From Cetorhinus maximus (lineage: Eukaryota): 64,000 nucleotides of DNA. The stretch is taken from positions 12,586,001-12,650,000 of the forward strand of contig NC_135909.1 of the NCBI RefSeq assembly GCF_964194155.1, given 5' to 3'. Positions within the stretch are counted from its first letter, which is position 1, and each line of letters starts with the position of its first letter. Under the pieces are notes generated by a model. That model ran no database searches. It worked only from the letters and a program-made list of their open reading frames with translations, and was not told the origin of the DNA. Positions 12,250 to 24,031 of this stretch are shown here, piece by piece. The position numbers and the translations under genes are program-made.

Positions 12250-13865
12250 TGGTTTGCGCACCTTTTCCTGTCTGTCACTGTGTGTGTCCTGATCGTCTCT
12301 ACTGCTTATCTGTGTGTCTGTCTTTGTCTGTTGCATTCGGAGTGGTGTGAAGTGTAATTGCGCAGCCAGGGTGAGCTTCCCAACACGTGTGCTCTTGATT
12401 AAAAATAAGTAAGAAGTCAATATTTGCTTGGCTACCGTAAAGTATTCAGCGGCAGGAAGGAATTACGGCTCCGTCGCAGGGCGGTGCAGCGAAGCCCACA
12501 GCACAGAGGCCGATGAATCCAAACCATCTTCTGCTATTTTTGATCTTATTCACACCAAAAATAACCAGCTGTCCGCGACCGAAAAACATACCTGGCTTTT
12601 TCTGTACAGTGAATTTGTATCAGCGTCTTACTTGCAGTAAACACTTCAATCTGCAACCAACCTCTCAAATCGTTTTTATTCTCACACGGACAGAAGTAGT
12701 AAATGCTACAAAAATACACCAGCCGAGTATTTCCTCTTTCTCTCAGCCCATTTCAGGCCATGTTCCGAATGTCCTTTCCTTGTTCTCAATCACCCCAAGA
12801 TGATCTGAATCGAAAAAAATAACAAAACAAATCTCTTAGGCGGAAACATTGTTGAGGAGATTATACATATTAGCTGCAGTATGTCCGATCTACAGGACAC
12901 CTGCATTAATTCCTATGCGTATTTGGACAGCAGCGTCCTCCCTGATACATGTACCATCGAGAAGGACAAGATTATCAGCATAACGGGAAGAGCATCACGT
13001 CAAAGACACAGATAATCATTATTTGGAGTCCTATGTTTATTCATTCTTACTCATTTATTAAATATATGGATATCCATCCCCAATATCACCATGAACTGGT
13101 AAGGCTTCGTTCCTTCAGGTTTGCATTAGAGACACATTGTACAAAACACTCTGTGAGTGTCTCTGGTTAATAAACTGATGATGCGCGGAACTCTCCGCTT
13201 TTACTCATTGATCTTCGCAAGAGTTGATCCAGTTTTGACGGTGACTTGTTCTCTGGTGTCCATTTACTCGAATTCCTCACTTGTTTTCTCTGCTGTCCAG
13301 TGAAGCTCACTCAGCAGAATTTTCAATAATAACTTGAGTTTTCCTAACAGGAATTCAGTCATCATGTTTTTGAACAATTTTTCAAAGGATTTGCACACAG
13401 TCAGCTTCCAGGAACAGCAATGTGTTGAAGGCAATATGATCTGTTTTGAATGTCTCCGACATCATGGAATAACTCCCCCGCCCCTCTCCGAAATTGTGCC
13501 TTGGTATATTTTACGTGAGAAGGCAGATGGCAGCTCAGTTCAACATATCGTCTAAAAGCTGGCACCAGCAACAGCAAAGAATTTTCTAGAGCGTGAGCCT
13601 GAATTTGTGGTCAGGATTCGGAAATGAGTTTTGAACTCACAACCTCCTCATTGTAAAAAGCAAGGGAGCAGCTGACTGAATCATAGTTCACTGCATAGGG
13701 AAAAAAAGACAGAAGAGATTGCACTCTGTAAGGAGAAGCAGAAGTAGATTGTTAATTGAAGAGGTGTCACAGACAATGAGAGATAGACACCCACAGTTGA
13801 AAGAGCCGGATTTTTTATCACGGCAGGGATAGAGAGTGCAGCAGGAATTTCGATTCCCAGTGTGG
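12250..13865 (+). repeat. Segmental duplication, direct copy of ~1490-3110
   Basis: Colinear shared blocks with 1490-3110. Confidence 0.92.
12475..12536 (+). pseudogene. tRNA-iMet pseudogene with internal deletion
   Basis: GCAGGGCGGTGCAGCGAAGCCCACAGCACAGAGGCCGATGAATCCAAACCATCTTCTGCTA followed by TTTTT; iMet 3' end, and same position in the duplicon as 1692-1761. Confidence 0.8.
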
Positions 13866-16299
13866 ATAACAAAAAAAGTTAACTTTGGGTCAAATATTGG
13901 ACCTGATAAGGGGTCAGAGACTGACTGACCTTAATGATAACAACTGTATCAGTCGGAGTCACACAGGGTGGGAGTGATCATTTCTGAGTCCCACTTGTCT
14001 CCCAGGAATGAAGCAGACAGCATTACAACACTGAGAATCTCAGAGTAACAAAAAAGGGAAACTCTTCAACCGAGTCTCCCTGAGGGAAAAAAGGCAACAT
14101 CCGCTGTGGAGTGTGAGTATTTTTGGTGCCTATATTATATCTCCACTGCCTGGAAGATGTTATATTTCATTATCACAGTTCAGGTGAATTAGTAAAGATA
14201 GAACCAGGATTTCTTCAGTGCTTCCAACTGCTTGAAATTCTAGAAGAGGCAAATAAGTTTCACAAATTGTGTAATGCCCCACAGAGGGGCAATAAAGATA
14301 CATGACTATTTCACTCATAAATCACAATTTAAACCGAAGCCCCATTTCCCCTTTCGGACGGATGTGAACATCCGACCAGACTATTTACAACAAGACAAGC
14401 GGAGTCTTACCCGGAGTCCTGGGATCAATATTAATCCCTCAAACAGGGTCTCTGAACCAGATTATACAGTCATTGATCAGGTTGCTGCGGTGAGATGTTG
14501 CTCTGCACATTCAAGCAGCAATCTCACTTACCAAGACACAACTCCGCTCACGCACCATTGGCCGTGAGGTTTTTGGTCTTCCTGAGGTTGCAGAATGTGG
14601 TGAAAAAATTCAAGTTCCTCCCTCCCTCCCGCCCGCTGCCTCTCTTCCTGCAGCTCCGCCCTTCTCTAACTCCCTCCCTCTCTCCCTCGCTGTCTCCCAC
14701 CCTAACTATCTCCCCGGCTCTCCCTCCCCCTCCCCGCATCACCCCGTCCCGCTCCGCCCCGCCCGCACCCCCTCTCTCTTTCAAATCTTATTTCCTGTCT
14801 CTGGGGCCTGTTTTAACCCCAGGCTACCCACTGACCCCGGCCTCAGGCCGGCCCGAACTCTTTAACCGGCTCCATTCACAGGAAAAGTGACTTCAGTTTT
14901 CAGAATAACATCCGCGCTCCCTGTACCCCTCTACCCACAAAAGTGAAATTCAGGTCATTGCTAGCATGAAGACTGCGGGCTGCGGTTTCCACTCCTGCAA
15001 TTTGAAACAATTCGCTATATGTTTGCACAGTGAGCAGAAAGAAATTGCTGTACTTTGTAAACCTTTCTTACTAAACTCACTGTCATTCTGCTTTAACAGA
15101 ACTAGTTTGAATCTCTTGATATATTCGCAAAATGATAAATGAACTGCATTTGAAATTAAACCATATCAGAAATTGCTCTAATATTCGGCTGGTCTGTCCG
15201 CCACTGGACTGATGAAAGATCAACTCCTGTGTCCAATCAGTAAGATATGCAGCCACCGAGAAAGAGGATAACAGATTGGATGTGGTTATTTTTAACAAAA
15301 TCATCATCTGACTGATTTTTCAGGATAAATATTCCCCAAAGCTGATGGAAGAATTTGCAGCTGGGGAAATATAGAGAATGCAGGGGTGACAGGATTCTCT
15401 GTGGGTCAGTAGCAGTTACTGGTAACTGACCGGTGGATGGGGTTCTAGTATTCAATCTGAAATCGTTAATCGTGAGAGGAAAATGTTCTCAACAAAGGAA
15501 TGCACCTAGTTTCAGTTCCCTCCAGAATTCGTTTTTCGTTATGAAGATTGGGGGAGAAATTAACTTTGACTGTTAAGAAAAAATAGAATGGGTGATGATT
15601 TGTTTGGTGCAGGATTAGGATGATGTGAATATAGGAACGGACGGAGACTGTTCTCCACTCAATCCTGTTCAGCTCAGGACTGTTCTGTATTTGAACTTCA
15701 TCCATCTATCGTGTTTTTATAATCCTTAAAATACTTACTGTACAAACAAACAAACAAAAACTAACAGATGCAGTTCCTAAATGTTCGAATTGACCCCCAG
15801 GTTCAAAAGCAGGAGAGGGGTTGCAGATTTGCGCGGCCCTTTGTGTGAAGAAACCTTCCTGATATCACCCTCGATCGGTTTAGCTCAAATTTTATGTTAG
15901 GCCCTCTTGTCTTTTAGAAATGGAGATCGGAAACTCAGCCCCAATTGCTCGCTCTCTCTCTTCTCACCATTCCCCTGAATGTTTCTGCTCTCTATAACTC
16001 TCGTTGGCCCTTGAGCTCCCTCCAGGACCTACTTGGTTCCAGAAATTAAATCACAGCTCGGTCCCTTCATTTAAACCAATGACTGCTTCTTTAAGGAAGT
16101 TCTTCATCCCGATTAATCGAGTAATTTGATGGAACATACGAACAAAGAGCAGGGGTTGGCCAAGAGATTTTCCGAAGTTGCAGGGATGGGGTCAGACTGA
16201 GAAACAATGCTTGACGATCGAGAATACAGGACGACGAGGCAGCGACAGATTGAGACAGATTAGACAGTGAGAAACAGTTTCTATTGGTGCAAAGCACCG

Positions 16300-17450
16300 G
16301 TTTTAAACGAACCAATGTGGAAATGAGGATTCATCTTCCCTGGTGAGTGGTGAGGATCTGGAATGCACTGTCTGAGATATGTGGTAGAGGCAAAATAAAA
16401 TCGGGGCTTTCATAGTGGAACTGGACAGCCACCTGAAGATAAAAGTTTACATGGCTATGGAGGCAGGGCTGGGGACTGGGATAGCTGAGTTTCTGCTGAA
16501 GCATCTCAGGAGAGACAGAGGGCCGAATAGTCCCCTTCTCTGTTGTAGCTATTCTATGTGCATGTGTGTGAGGTTCATTCAGGACCACTTTGTCTCTGGA
16601 ACAGGGGTTGAGTGTGGAATTCATTGTTCATCTGTCGGTCTCTGTAGATTCATTCTTTATCACCTTGTCCATGGGACAGGATTTGTTTTCGGGATTAATC
16701 GTGGATCTGTCAGTTTCTGATGATGTGCCTGTGTGTATGAATCATTCTGTATCATTCTGTCCATTGAATACTGTGAGAGTGTGCGATTCAACGTGTATCA
16801 GTCAGTCACTGATGCCAGGCCTGAGTTAATGATTCATTCTGGATCTCTCTGTCTTTTGTTCACAGTTTGAGTGTGGGACTCATTACGTGTCTGTCAGTCC
16901 CTGAGACACTTTGCAAATCTGGATTCATTCAACCCAGAATATACCTCACTGAAACTGGGCCATTTGTTCTAACAGGTAAACTGCCCGACAAGATCCTCCA
17001 CCTAGAATACTTCATGTAACATTCTCTGTTTATCCCTGAAATTCATTCTCCCTCCTTTACTTATCTAGACTTCCCTTAAATGCAGTTTATCTAATCGTCT
17101 CAGTTGTTCCATGCGATAGTTGGCCTGTAACTGCTGCCGATTCAATGGGAATAAATTAATTAATCGTGTTTCCTAAATTGTATTTCATATTTGCATTTCT
17201 ATGTCTGCCCCATCACATCACATCACAAATTCCTCACATTGACCTGTTTCCGCGACACTGACAATGTGAATTTCTACCGCTCTGTTGCGGCCAGTAGATG
17301 GCAGCACATTCTGATACAGTGAAGTTGACAGATCAGAGACAACAGAGGAGAATTGTTCATATTATTCGGGAAGGGACAGTTGTAGAAATACTATGGATGG
17401 AGATGACCTCTTCTTATATGTATTATGTAACAAGCAGTGGTTATCGTCTG
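16300..17450 (+). repeat. Older duplicate of ~45050-46050 (CR1 3' end, ~45-bp repeats and unique sequence)
   Basis: CTGAGACACTTTG, CAGAATA, TTCCTCACATTGACC, GGCCAGTAGATG and GAATTGTTCA are colinear in both. Confidence 0.8.
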
Positions 17451-18340
17451 TCCCTCGATACGATGATGACATCCACTCAGGACCGTGAGTTTCTGCCATG
17501 GGTCTTCATGAGAGTGAACAGGTCAATTCTCGGCCTACAGACCTTAGGACACATGGGGACAGGATGTCCCACGAGGTAGTGAGATCCAGGGTGCAAGATT
17601 TGCTTCCTGTTACTTCTTCTTAGCCGCCGTTCTGCCTCATCATGAAGACCTGGGGACTCACAGCGCGCTGCAGCTTGGGGGGCAGGTTTTGGTCATTTTG
17701 AATGGTGAGAAGCAAGTTCCTCGCAGTCATTAATATAAATGCTGCAGCGTTTGAATTAACGTTTCAGAGTGTCTTTGGAGCATTTTTTTGTCCTCCCCTG
17801 GCATGTTGTCCATTTGAGAGTTGAGGAAACAGGACTTGGCGGATGCGACGCTTTTCGATTATCCGGACACAGTGCGCAGTCCATCCAAGTTAATTTTTCA
17901 GAAACAAAAACAAAAGTACCTGAAAAAGCTCAGCAGGTCTGAATACAGTTAACGTTTCCAGTCCGAATGACTTTTCATCAGTTGAACAGTCATACGGACT
18001 CGAAACGTTAACTGTATTCCTCTCCGCAGATGCTGTCAGACCTGCTGAGTTATTCCAGGTATTTTTGTTTTTGTTCTAGATTTCCAGCATCCGCAGTATT
18101 TTGCTTTTATCTTAATTTTTCAGGAGTTTGGCCTGAATGCTGGTGGAGCTGCCTTCAAGAACGACACTACAGTTTGTTCGGCAGTGCTCCCACGGAATCT
18201 GGAGGGTGCCGCGGAGACATTGCGGATGGAATTTATCTACCGCTCTTATGAGTTGCCGATGCGCAGTTAATTAGTATAACGTTGTATGCGACCCGTCAGC
18301 CTATGTCTTGTTTGTGAGAGCGAGACACATACTTATCTAC
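17440..18340 (-). mobile_element. RTE-like LINE 3' fragment interrupted by a foldback element
   Basis: Reverse-strand RT C-terminal-like sequence continues on both sides of the 17902-18111 insertion. Confidence 0.5.
17902..18111. mobile_element. Foldback Penelope-pLTR-derived element with hammerhead-like cores; 12-bp TSD
   Basis: Inverted arms; TSD TTAATTTTTCAG at 17890-17901 and 18112-18123; minus-strand CTGATGA-AAAGTC-ATTCG-GACTG-GAAACGTTAAC at 17947-17981. Confidence 0.8.
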
Positions 18341-18499
18341 TCTTCTCTGCTCCATTTTCCCTAAATTCAGCCTCCCAGAATCTTTCATAATTTTAAAAAC
18401 CTGTATGAGACCAGCCTCCAGTCTTCATTCTTCAAGGGAAAAGGTAGACATCCTGAAAGTCATGTCGTGTCTGTTTCCCACTTGTTTATTTTTTCATAG

Positions 18500-18820
18500 T
18501 CTATGGGCGTCTTTTGCAAGCCCAGCATTTGTTGATCATCTCACATTATCCTTGAAGTTACGAGTGAAGCAAATTACTGTGGGTCTGGAGTCACATGTAG
18601 GACAGGTAAGGGAAGGGCGGATGATTTCTTTCCGTAAAGGGCATTCGTGAACAGGTTGGGTTTTTGCTACAATCGATGATAGTTTCATAGCCGCCATTAC
18701 TGAGCCGAGATTTTAATTCCAAATTTACGAAATATTTTAATTTAAATCTGCTCTGTTGGGATTTAAACCCGTGTCCGCAGAGATTAGCCTGGCACCTCTG
18801 TATTGTTAGTCCAGTGACAG
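18500..18820 (-). mobile_element. tRNA-derived SINE with L2-like tail (head fragment also at ~30010-30115, +)
   Basis: GTGGGTCTGGAGTCACATGTAGG...GGGATTTAAACCCGTGTCC...TTAGTCCAGTGAC (reverse-strand A/B-box head). Confidence 0.65.
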
Positions 18821-19097
18821 CAGATTCAGCTAATGATCGAGCCGCTTCATGAGAAGATTGGAATTCTCCCAAAGCATTTTATTAAACCGATTGATGCACA
18901 GCTTTTGTTCCAGTTGGACACATCAATAATTTAACGAACGTGATCAGTTAAACAAAATCAGTTAGAAATGAATGCACAAATTAACAAGAGCAGACATTTT
19001 GAGAAAGAGCCCTGCCATGTTAGGAAGGAAAGGCAGAACCTTCAGCTGACGAGTGAGACCGCGGTTTTGAGGGAGTTAAACAGATTTCTACATAAAA

Positions 19098-19187
19098 CGA
19101 CCACGGCAGGACTCGAACCTGCAATCTTCTGATAACCTCACCAAGTACCATCGAAGTCAGACGCCTTATCCATTAGGCCACGCAGTC
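19098..19187 (-). tRNA. tRNA-Arg(TCG) with 17-nt intron (19134-19150), apparently intact
   Basis: GACTGCGTGGCCTAATGGATAAGGCGTCTGACTTCGA-[TGGTACTTGGTGAGGTT]-ATCAGAAGATTGCAGGTTCGAGTCCTGCCGTGGTCG-TTTT; A and B boxes intact, all stems pair. Confidence 0.93.
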
Positions 19188-19860
19188 AAGTAATGTAATA
19201 CTGGAACTGATGTTAGTGCCATGTAAATAAATATCGTGGTTGTATATTTTTCAGTTCGATTTTTGGATGATCCGCTGAATCCCAGATCCATGGCCTCAGG
19301 GTCTGAGTTCGACTCTGTGTCCTTCGTTGGAAAATAATGATTGGGAGATCGGGAACTCAGTTCCTATTGTCCGCACCCTCTCCTCATCATTCTCCTGTAG
19401 TGTTTTGAATGTCTCTCACTCTCTGCCTCGTGGCCTCCCCTCAACCGCTGCTAAATTCCAGAAAATAAACCACAGAACAGCCCCTTCATATAAACCACGA
19501 ACAAAGGAAGCCGTTCTTCCCGAATTAATGAACAATTTGATCGCGGTTTGCGACATGTTAAGGCGATAGTGTCAGAGAGAGAAACTTCAGCGATGGCGGG
19601 AATTTTGGAATTGGGGGAGGGGGAGGGGTCTGGGGGCTTTGGGGCTCAGTCAAAAAACAAGTCGTTTCTGGTGTGAAATTAGGAAACATCTCTCTCAGCA
19701 AAGGGGAATTTCAGAGATCCCATCGGGAAACAGCACTTTAATTTTAAATCTCAGTTTTATAGACTTGTATTCATCAAATATATGATGGATAAGCGAGAAA
19801 ATGGGTATTTATCTGTCCCGGAAATTTGATCCTTGAACCATTATTGAAGACATTGAGTTA

Positions 19861-19930
19861 TGCATTCACTGTAATCGAACCCAGGTTTCTTTGATGAAAA
19901 ATAAGAATTCTACCCCTGAATCACCAATCC
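19861..19930 (-). pseudogene. tRNA-Gly-derived pseudogene
   Basis: Reverse complement GGATTGGTGATTCAGGGGTAGAATTCT...CCTGGGTTCGATTACAGTGAATGCA vs Gly(GCC) GCATTGGTGGTTCAGTGGTAGAATTCT...CCCGGGTTCGATTCCCGGCCAATGCA. Confidence 0.75.
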
Positions 19931-20454
19931 GCCCATCATGCTGAAATCAATTTATTTCCCTAAGTACAAGATCACTGCACTAAAACAGAAAGCAAACTGA
20001 AAGTAACCTGAAGAAAAGAAAATAATTTAGGGACTGTGACGCTGTTACAGAATCGGCAACTTCGGGAATCTAATCCGAGTTTCCCACGCCCTAGTGACGC
20101 ATTATGCTCCTGAACCAGCAATGCACAGGTTTGGACGGATTTCATAATTTTCAAACTATTTCCTAATCTGATTATCAAAGTATCACTTCCCTTATCATTG
20201 ATCTACAGTCCCTCATTGCTCAAATCCCACGTCTGGCTTTCGGTATTTTTAATCACTCCACAGACAGAACTCTCAAGAGGGTTTAGAGAAAGTTAATAAA
20301 GATGAACTGTTCCCACTGCCTCAAGGGTCAGTGACCAACCAGGGCAGATTTTAATTCATTCGAAAAGGAACCAAAGGTAACGTATGGAAAAGATTTTCTC
20401 GTAATAAATTCTTAGCATTTGGATTGTCTGCCTAATCGGCAGGCAAACCCATGA

Positions 20455-20740
20455 CTGTTACCATCTGGAAGTGCAAAGGCAGCAGACACATGGGAACACC
20501 AACACGTGGAAGTTCCCCTCCAAGCGGCACATTATCCTGACTTGGAAATAGATCGCCATTCCTTCACTGTCTCTGGTTCAAAATCCTGGAAAGCCCTCTC
20601 TAACAGCACAGTGGGTGGACTTACACCACAGGGGCTGCAGCGGTTCAAGATGGCAGCTCACCGCCAGTTTCTGGGGGGCAATTATGGATGGGCAATAAAC
20701 TCTGGCCTAGCCAGCGACGCCCACACCCATAAATAAATAA
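20455..20740 (+). mobile_element. L2-like LINE 3' end
   Basis: Matches 7220-7495 (TCAAAATCCTGG...GGGCAATAAA...GCCAGCGACGCCCACA). Confidence 0.8.
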
Positions 20741-21379
20741 ATCAGCCCCTACAATATTTTTGTTGTTGTTGTTATTTCTGTGTAGGTGTTTACCTGGATA
20801 AAGAAACAGGTTCTGATTAGCCCTTTGACAGACAGCCGAGATTGCGTCTATTAAGCCTGCGAGATCAGACTCCAATGTGTGCAGGGAATGTGGAAGAGCG
20901 AGAAGGAGGGAACATCCTGCGTTGGATAGGTTTTCTCTAAAAGAAAACAAAGGTTTGCTTTTCTTCAGCTGTTTTGACAACCACAAAATTTCACAACGAC
21001 GCGTGACAACCACTGGAGAACTTCTCAAGTGTATTCGGCATTTTAATGTAGGAAATTGCTGAAATTTCCAACCGTTTGTTGCACATTGTCAGGCTGTATG
21101 TTCCTTCAGACAGGTTTCCATCTGGACACATGGAGCGAGCGGATTTGTTAACGTCAGTGGTTCAGGGGTAGATTCCTCACTGGCCAGACTGGACTTCTGG
21201 GTCAGTGGCTTAACATCATTTTTTCGTTTTCTGAATTCAGTTCTGGTCTCTGAATCATTCATATTTTTAATCATAAAACTGGATTTATCTTGGCATTACA
21301 GATCTAAGGTAATTGTTAAAAGAATGGCAAATACTGTCTTTCCGTCTCCCCTTACACAAGTTTACAATTCAAAGTACTA

Positions 21380-21810
21380 AAGCCCTTTAAGTAGGCAAGC
21401 AAAATGTGAGCAGAGTGTAAAGTCTTTGTAAATGAATAAAGATAGGTTGAGATGGTGGACAGAAGTTTGGTAGATACAATAATGTGGGAATATGTGAGGA
21501 TCACCACTTTGGTGGGATAGATTAAAAAAAAACAATATTCTTTAAATGAAGAGAGATGGCAGAATGCTGTGCTGCAGTGAGACTTGGGTGTCCTTGTACA
21601 TGTATCACAAAACAAAGCTACGTTGCAGGTACAGCAGGCAGTTAGGAAGGCTAATGTGGTGTTGGCCTTTATTGAAAGGGGAATGGAGTTTAAACTCGGA
21701 CATTCTTGTGATAACTGAAGAGGGCGTTGATGGTACAAAACTTAGAGTATTGAGTCCTGTTTAGGTCTCTTTCTTTAAGGGGGAATATACTTACATTGGA
21801 AAGAGTTCAG
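21380..21810 (+). mobile_element. CR1 RT fragment
   Basis: GACTTGGGTGTCCTTGTACA (DLGVLV) and AGGAAGGCTAATG...TTGGCCTTTATT. Confidence 0.7.
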
Positions 21811-22639
21811 ATTTGCCCTGAGAAGGCGGTGGTGAGCTGCCTTCTTGAGCCACTGCTGGGAGTGTTGACAATGACTTTGGTACTCAAGCCCTGGATTTAA
21901 ATTTGGCTCTATAAACTTGTGAATGCCACTAACCGAGACATCCTGTGTAGAAGTAATTTATCAGGGTGAATAGCTGTTGTTGATTTGTTAGGAACTAAAA
22001 ATAGAAAGATGACAGAGAACAAAGTTTCAAAACAGCAAGATGAAGCATTTCAATAAATAACTCTGCAATGTTTGCAAAGAAAACAGCACTCTCACCGAAT
22101 GAGTGGGGACGTGCTTTGATTTCATTGAGTTGAAACTGATTTCTATGTGAAATTAACATGAATCAATCTCAACATCAGCAACTTGCATAGATCAACCAAC
22201 AAATCCATGTCTCCCAAATTCTCTGTCAAGTGATTCTAGTGCCTGTCTTATACTATTGACAGAAGATTGAAGGTTTTTGAGTGAACTTGTCTGTTAAACT
22301 AAGTAACTACATCGGTTAGGTTCAGATGGATGTTGCATTTTGTGCTGTTAAATAATTCCATTAATTGATGGCGAATTGCCATAGGAAGCTGGGATTAGAA
22401 AGGGCACCTGAGTGTCCTCGGGCTGGCATGGACAAGATGGGCCTAATGACCTCCTTCTGTGCTGCAACTTTTCTATGGTTCTATTTCGCCGAATGTTTTG
22501 TTCCAGGAAACTGCCACTTAGTCACATCCTGTCCCAGGAAATTCCAACACTTACTGCCCTGTAAACCTCACTTAGACACTTGCTGCTCACCAATTGATCA
22601 TAGTCGTGACTAACTTCCCTGATTCTTTATGGGGTAATT

Positions 22640-23565
22640 GAATCACAGAACATAATGAGAACATTCGGCCCGTCTGGAATCGGCTGGCCCTCTGAACGAG
22701 CAGCGCACCTGCTGCCACTCCACACCCTTTTCCCTGTAACACTGCTAATTTTTCTTTTCAGATCAAGATCAATACCCTTTTGAAAACCTCAATTGTCCCT
22801 GCCTCCAGTACACTCTCAGACACTGCATTCAACATCCTAAACACATGCTACAAGGGGAAAAAAAATTGTTATGTGGTAATTGCTTTTTTTGTAAATTAAT
22901 TTAAATCTGTGTCCTCTTGTTCTGGATCATTCCATCAATGGAACGATTAAACCATATTTACCCATTCCACACATCTCGTGATTTTGAATACCTCTATCAA
23001 ATCTCCTCTCAAACTCCATCTCTTCAAGAAACACATTCCCAACTCCAATCATTCAATGTGAATTAAGTTCCTCATTCCTGGAATCTGTCTTGTGATTTTT
23101 TTCTGCAATCTCACTAATGCTTTCACATCCTTGCTAAATTGTGGAGCACAGGATTAGATACGATACTCCAGTCGAGGCCGAAGCAGTGTTTTCTACAGGC
23201 TTCACATAACTTTATTGTTTTTGTACTACATGCTATATTGATGAAGCCCATGACGTTGGCTGTTTTACTGGTCATTCTTTCAACCTGTCCTGTGACGATA
23301 AATGATTTATGCACATATACACCCACATCCCTCTGTTCCCGCAATCCTATTAGAATTGTAAACCTTCATTTTGTGTTGCCTCTCCCTGCTCTACCTACAA
23401 AAACGAATGACACCATGCTACTCTGCAATAAATTTCAACTGGTATTTTTCCGCCCATTCCATCAACATTTCTAGATCCCTTTGGAATTCTAGACTATCCT
23501 CCTCACAGTTCACAGTGCTTCTAACTTTTGTATTACCGGAAAATGTTGGAATTGTGAGCTTGCAA
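22640..23565 (-). mobile_element. CR1 3' fragment
   Basis: Minus-strand ORFs with QRDVGVYVHKS and LEFQRDLEMLMEWAEKYQLKF. Confidence 0.8.
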
Positions 23566-24031
23566 CAAGATCTGGCTGATGAATTACAGGAAGGGCAGGG
23601 GCCCTGACACTGGGCGCAAGAAATAGGAACAGCAGTAGACCACACGGCCCATCGCGCCTACCCTGCCATTCGATGGTATCATGGTTGACCTTGGGCCTGA
23701 AATCTATTTTTCCGCCAGTTCCCGATATCGCACAAGTCCCTGAGAGACCTGGGGAGCTCCACAAGATAACTTTCTCCAGTCCAAAATGCAACAGTTCACC
23801 ACAAATCTTTGGTTCCCGTCACTCAGCTCATTTCGTATCTGTGCTGCTATTGTCCCTTCTTTTCAATGAGCTCTAACTTTCCTCAGAAGTCTTTTGTCCA
23901 GCACTTTATCAAATGCCTTTTTCAAGTCCATTTAAATCACGTCAAGGGCTTCACCCTCATCAAAATCCTTTGCTGTCGCATCAAAAAAAAAACTAACTGA
24001 AGTTAAATAACACGATTTGTTCTTACCAAAT

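Noticed and set aside
20059-20100. Possible further tRNA remnants (B-box-like GGGAATCTAATCCGAG here; GAGTTCGACTC at ~19305)
   Set aside because: Too short and degenerate to build a cloverleaf or assign an isotype.
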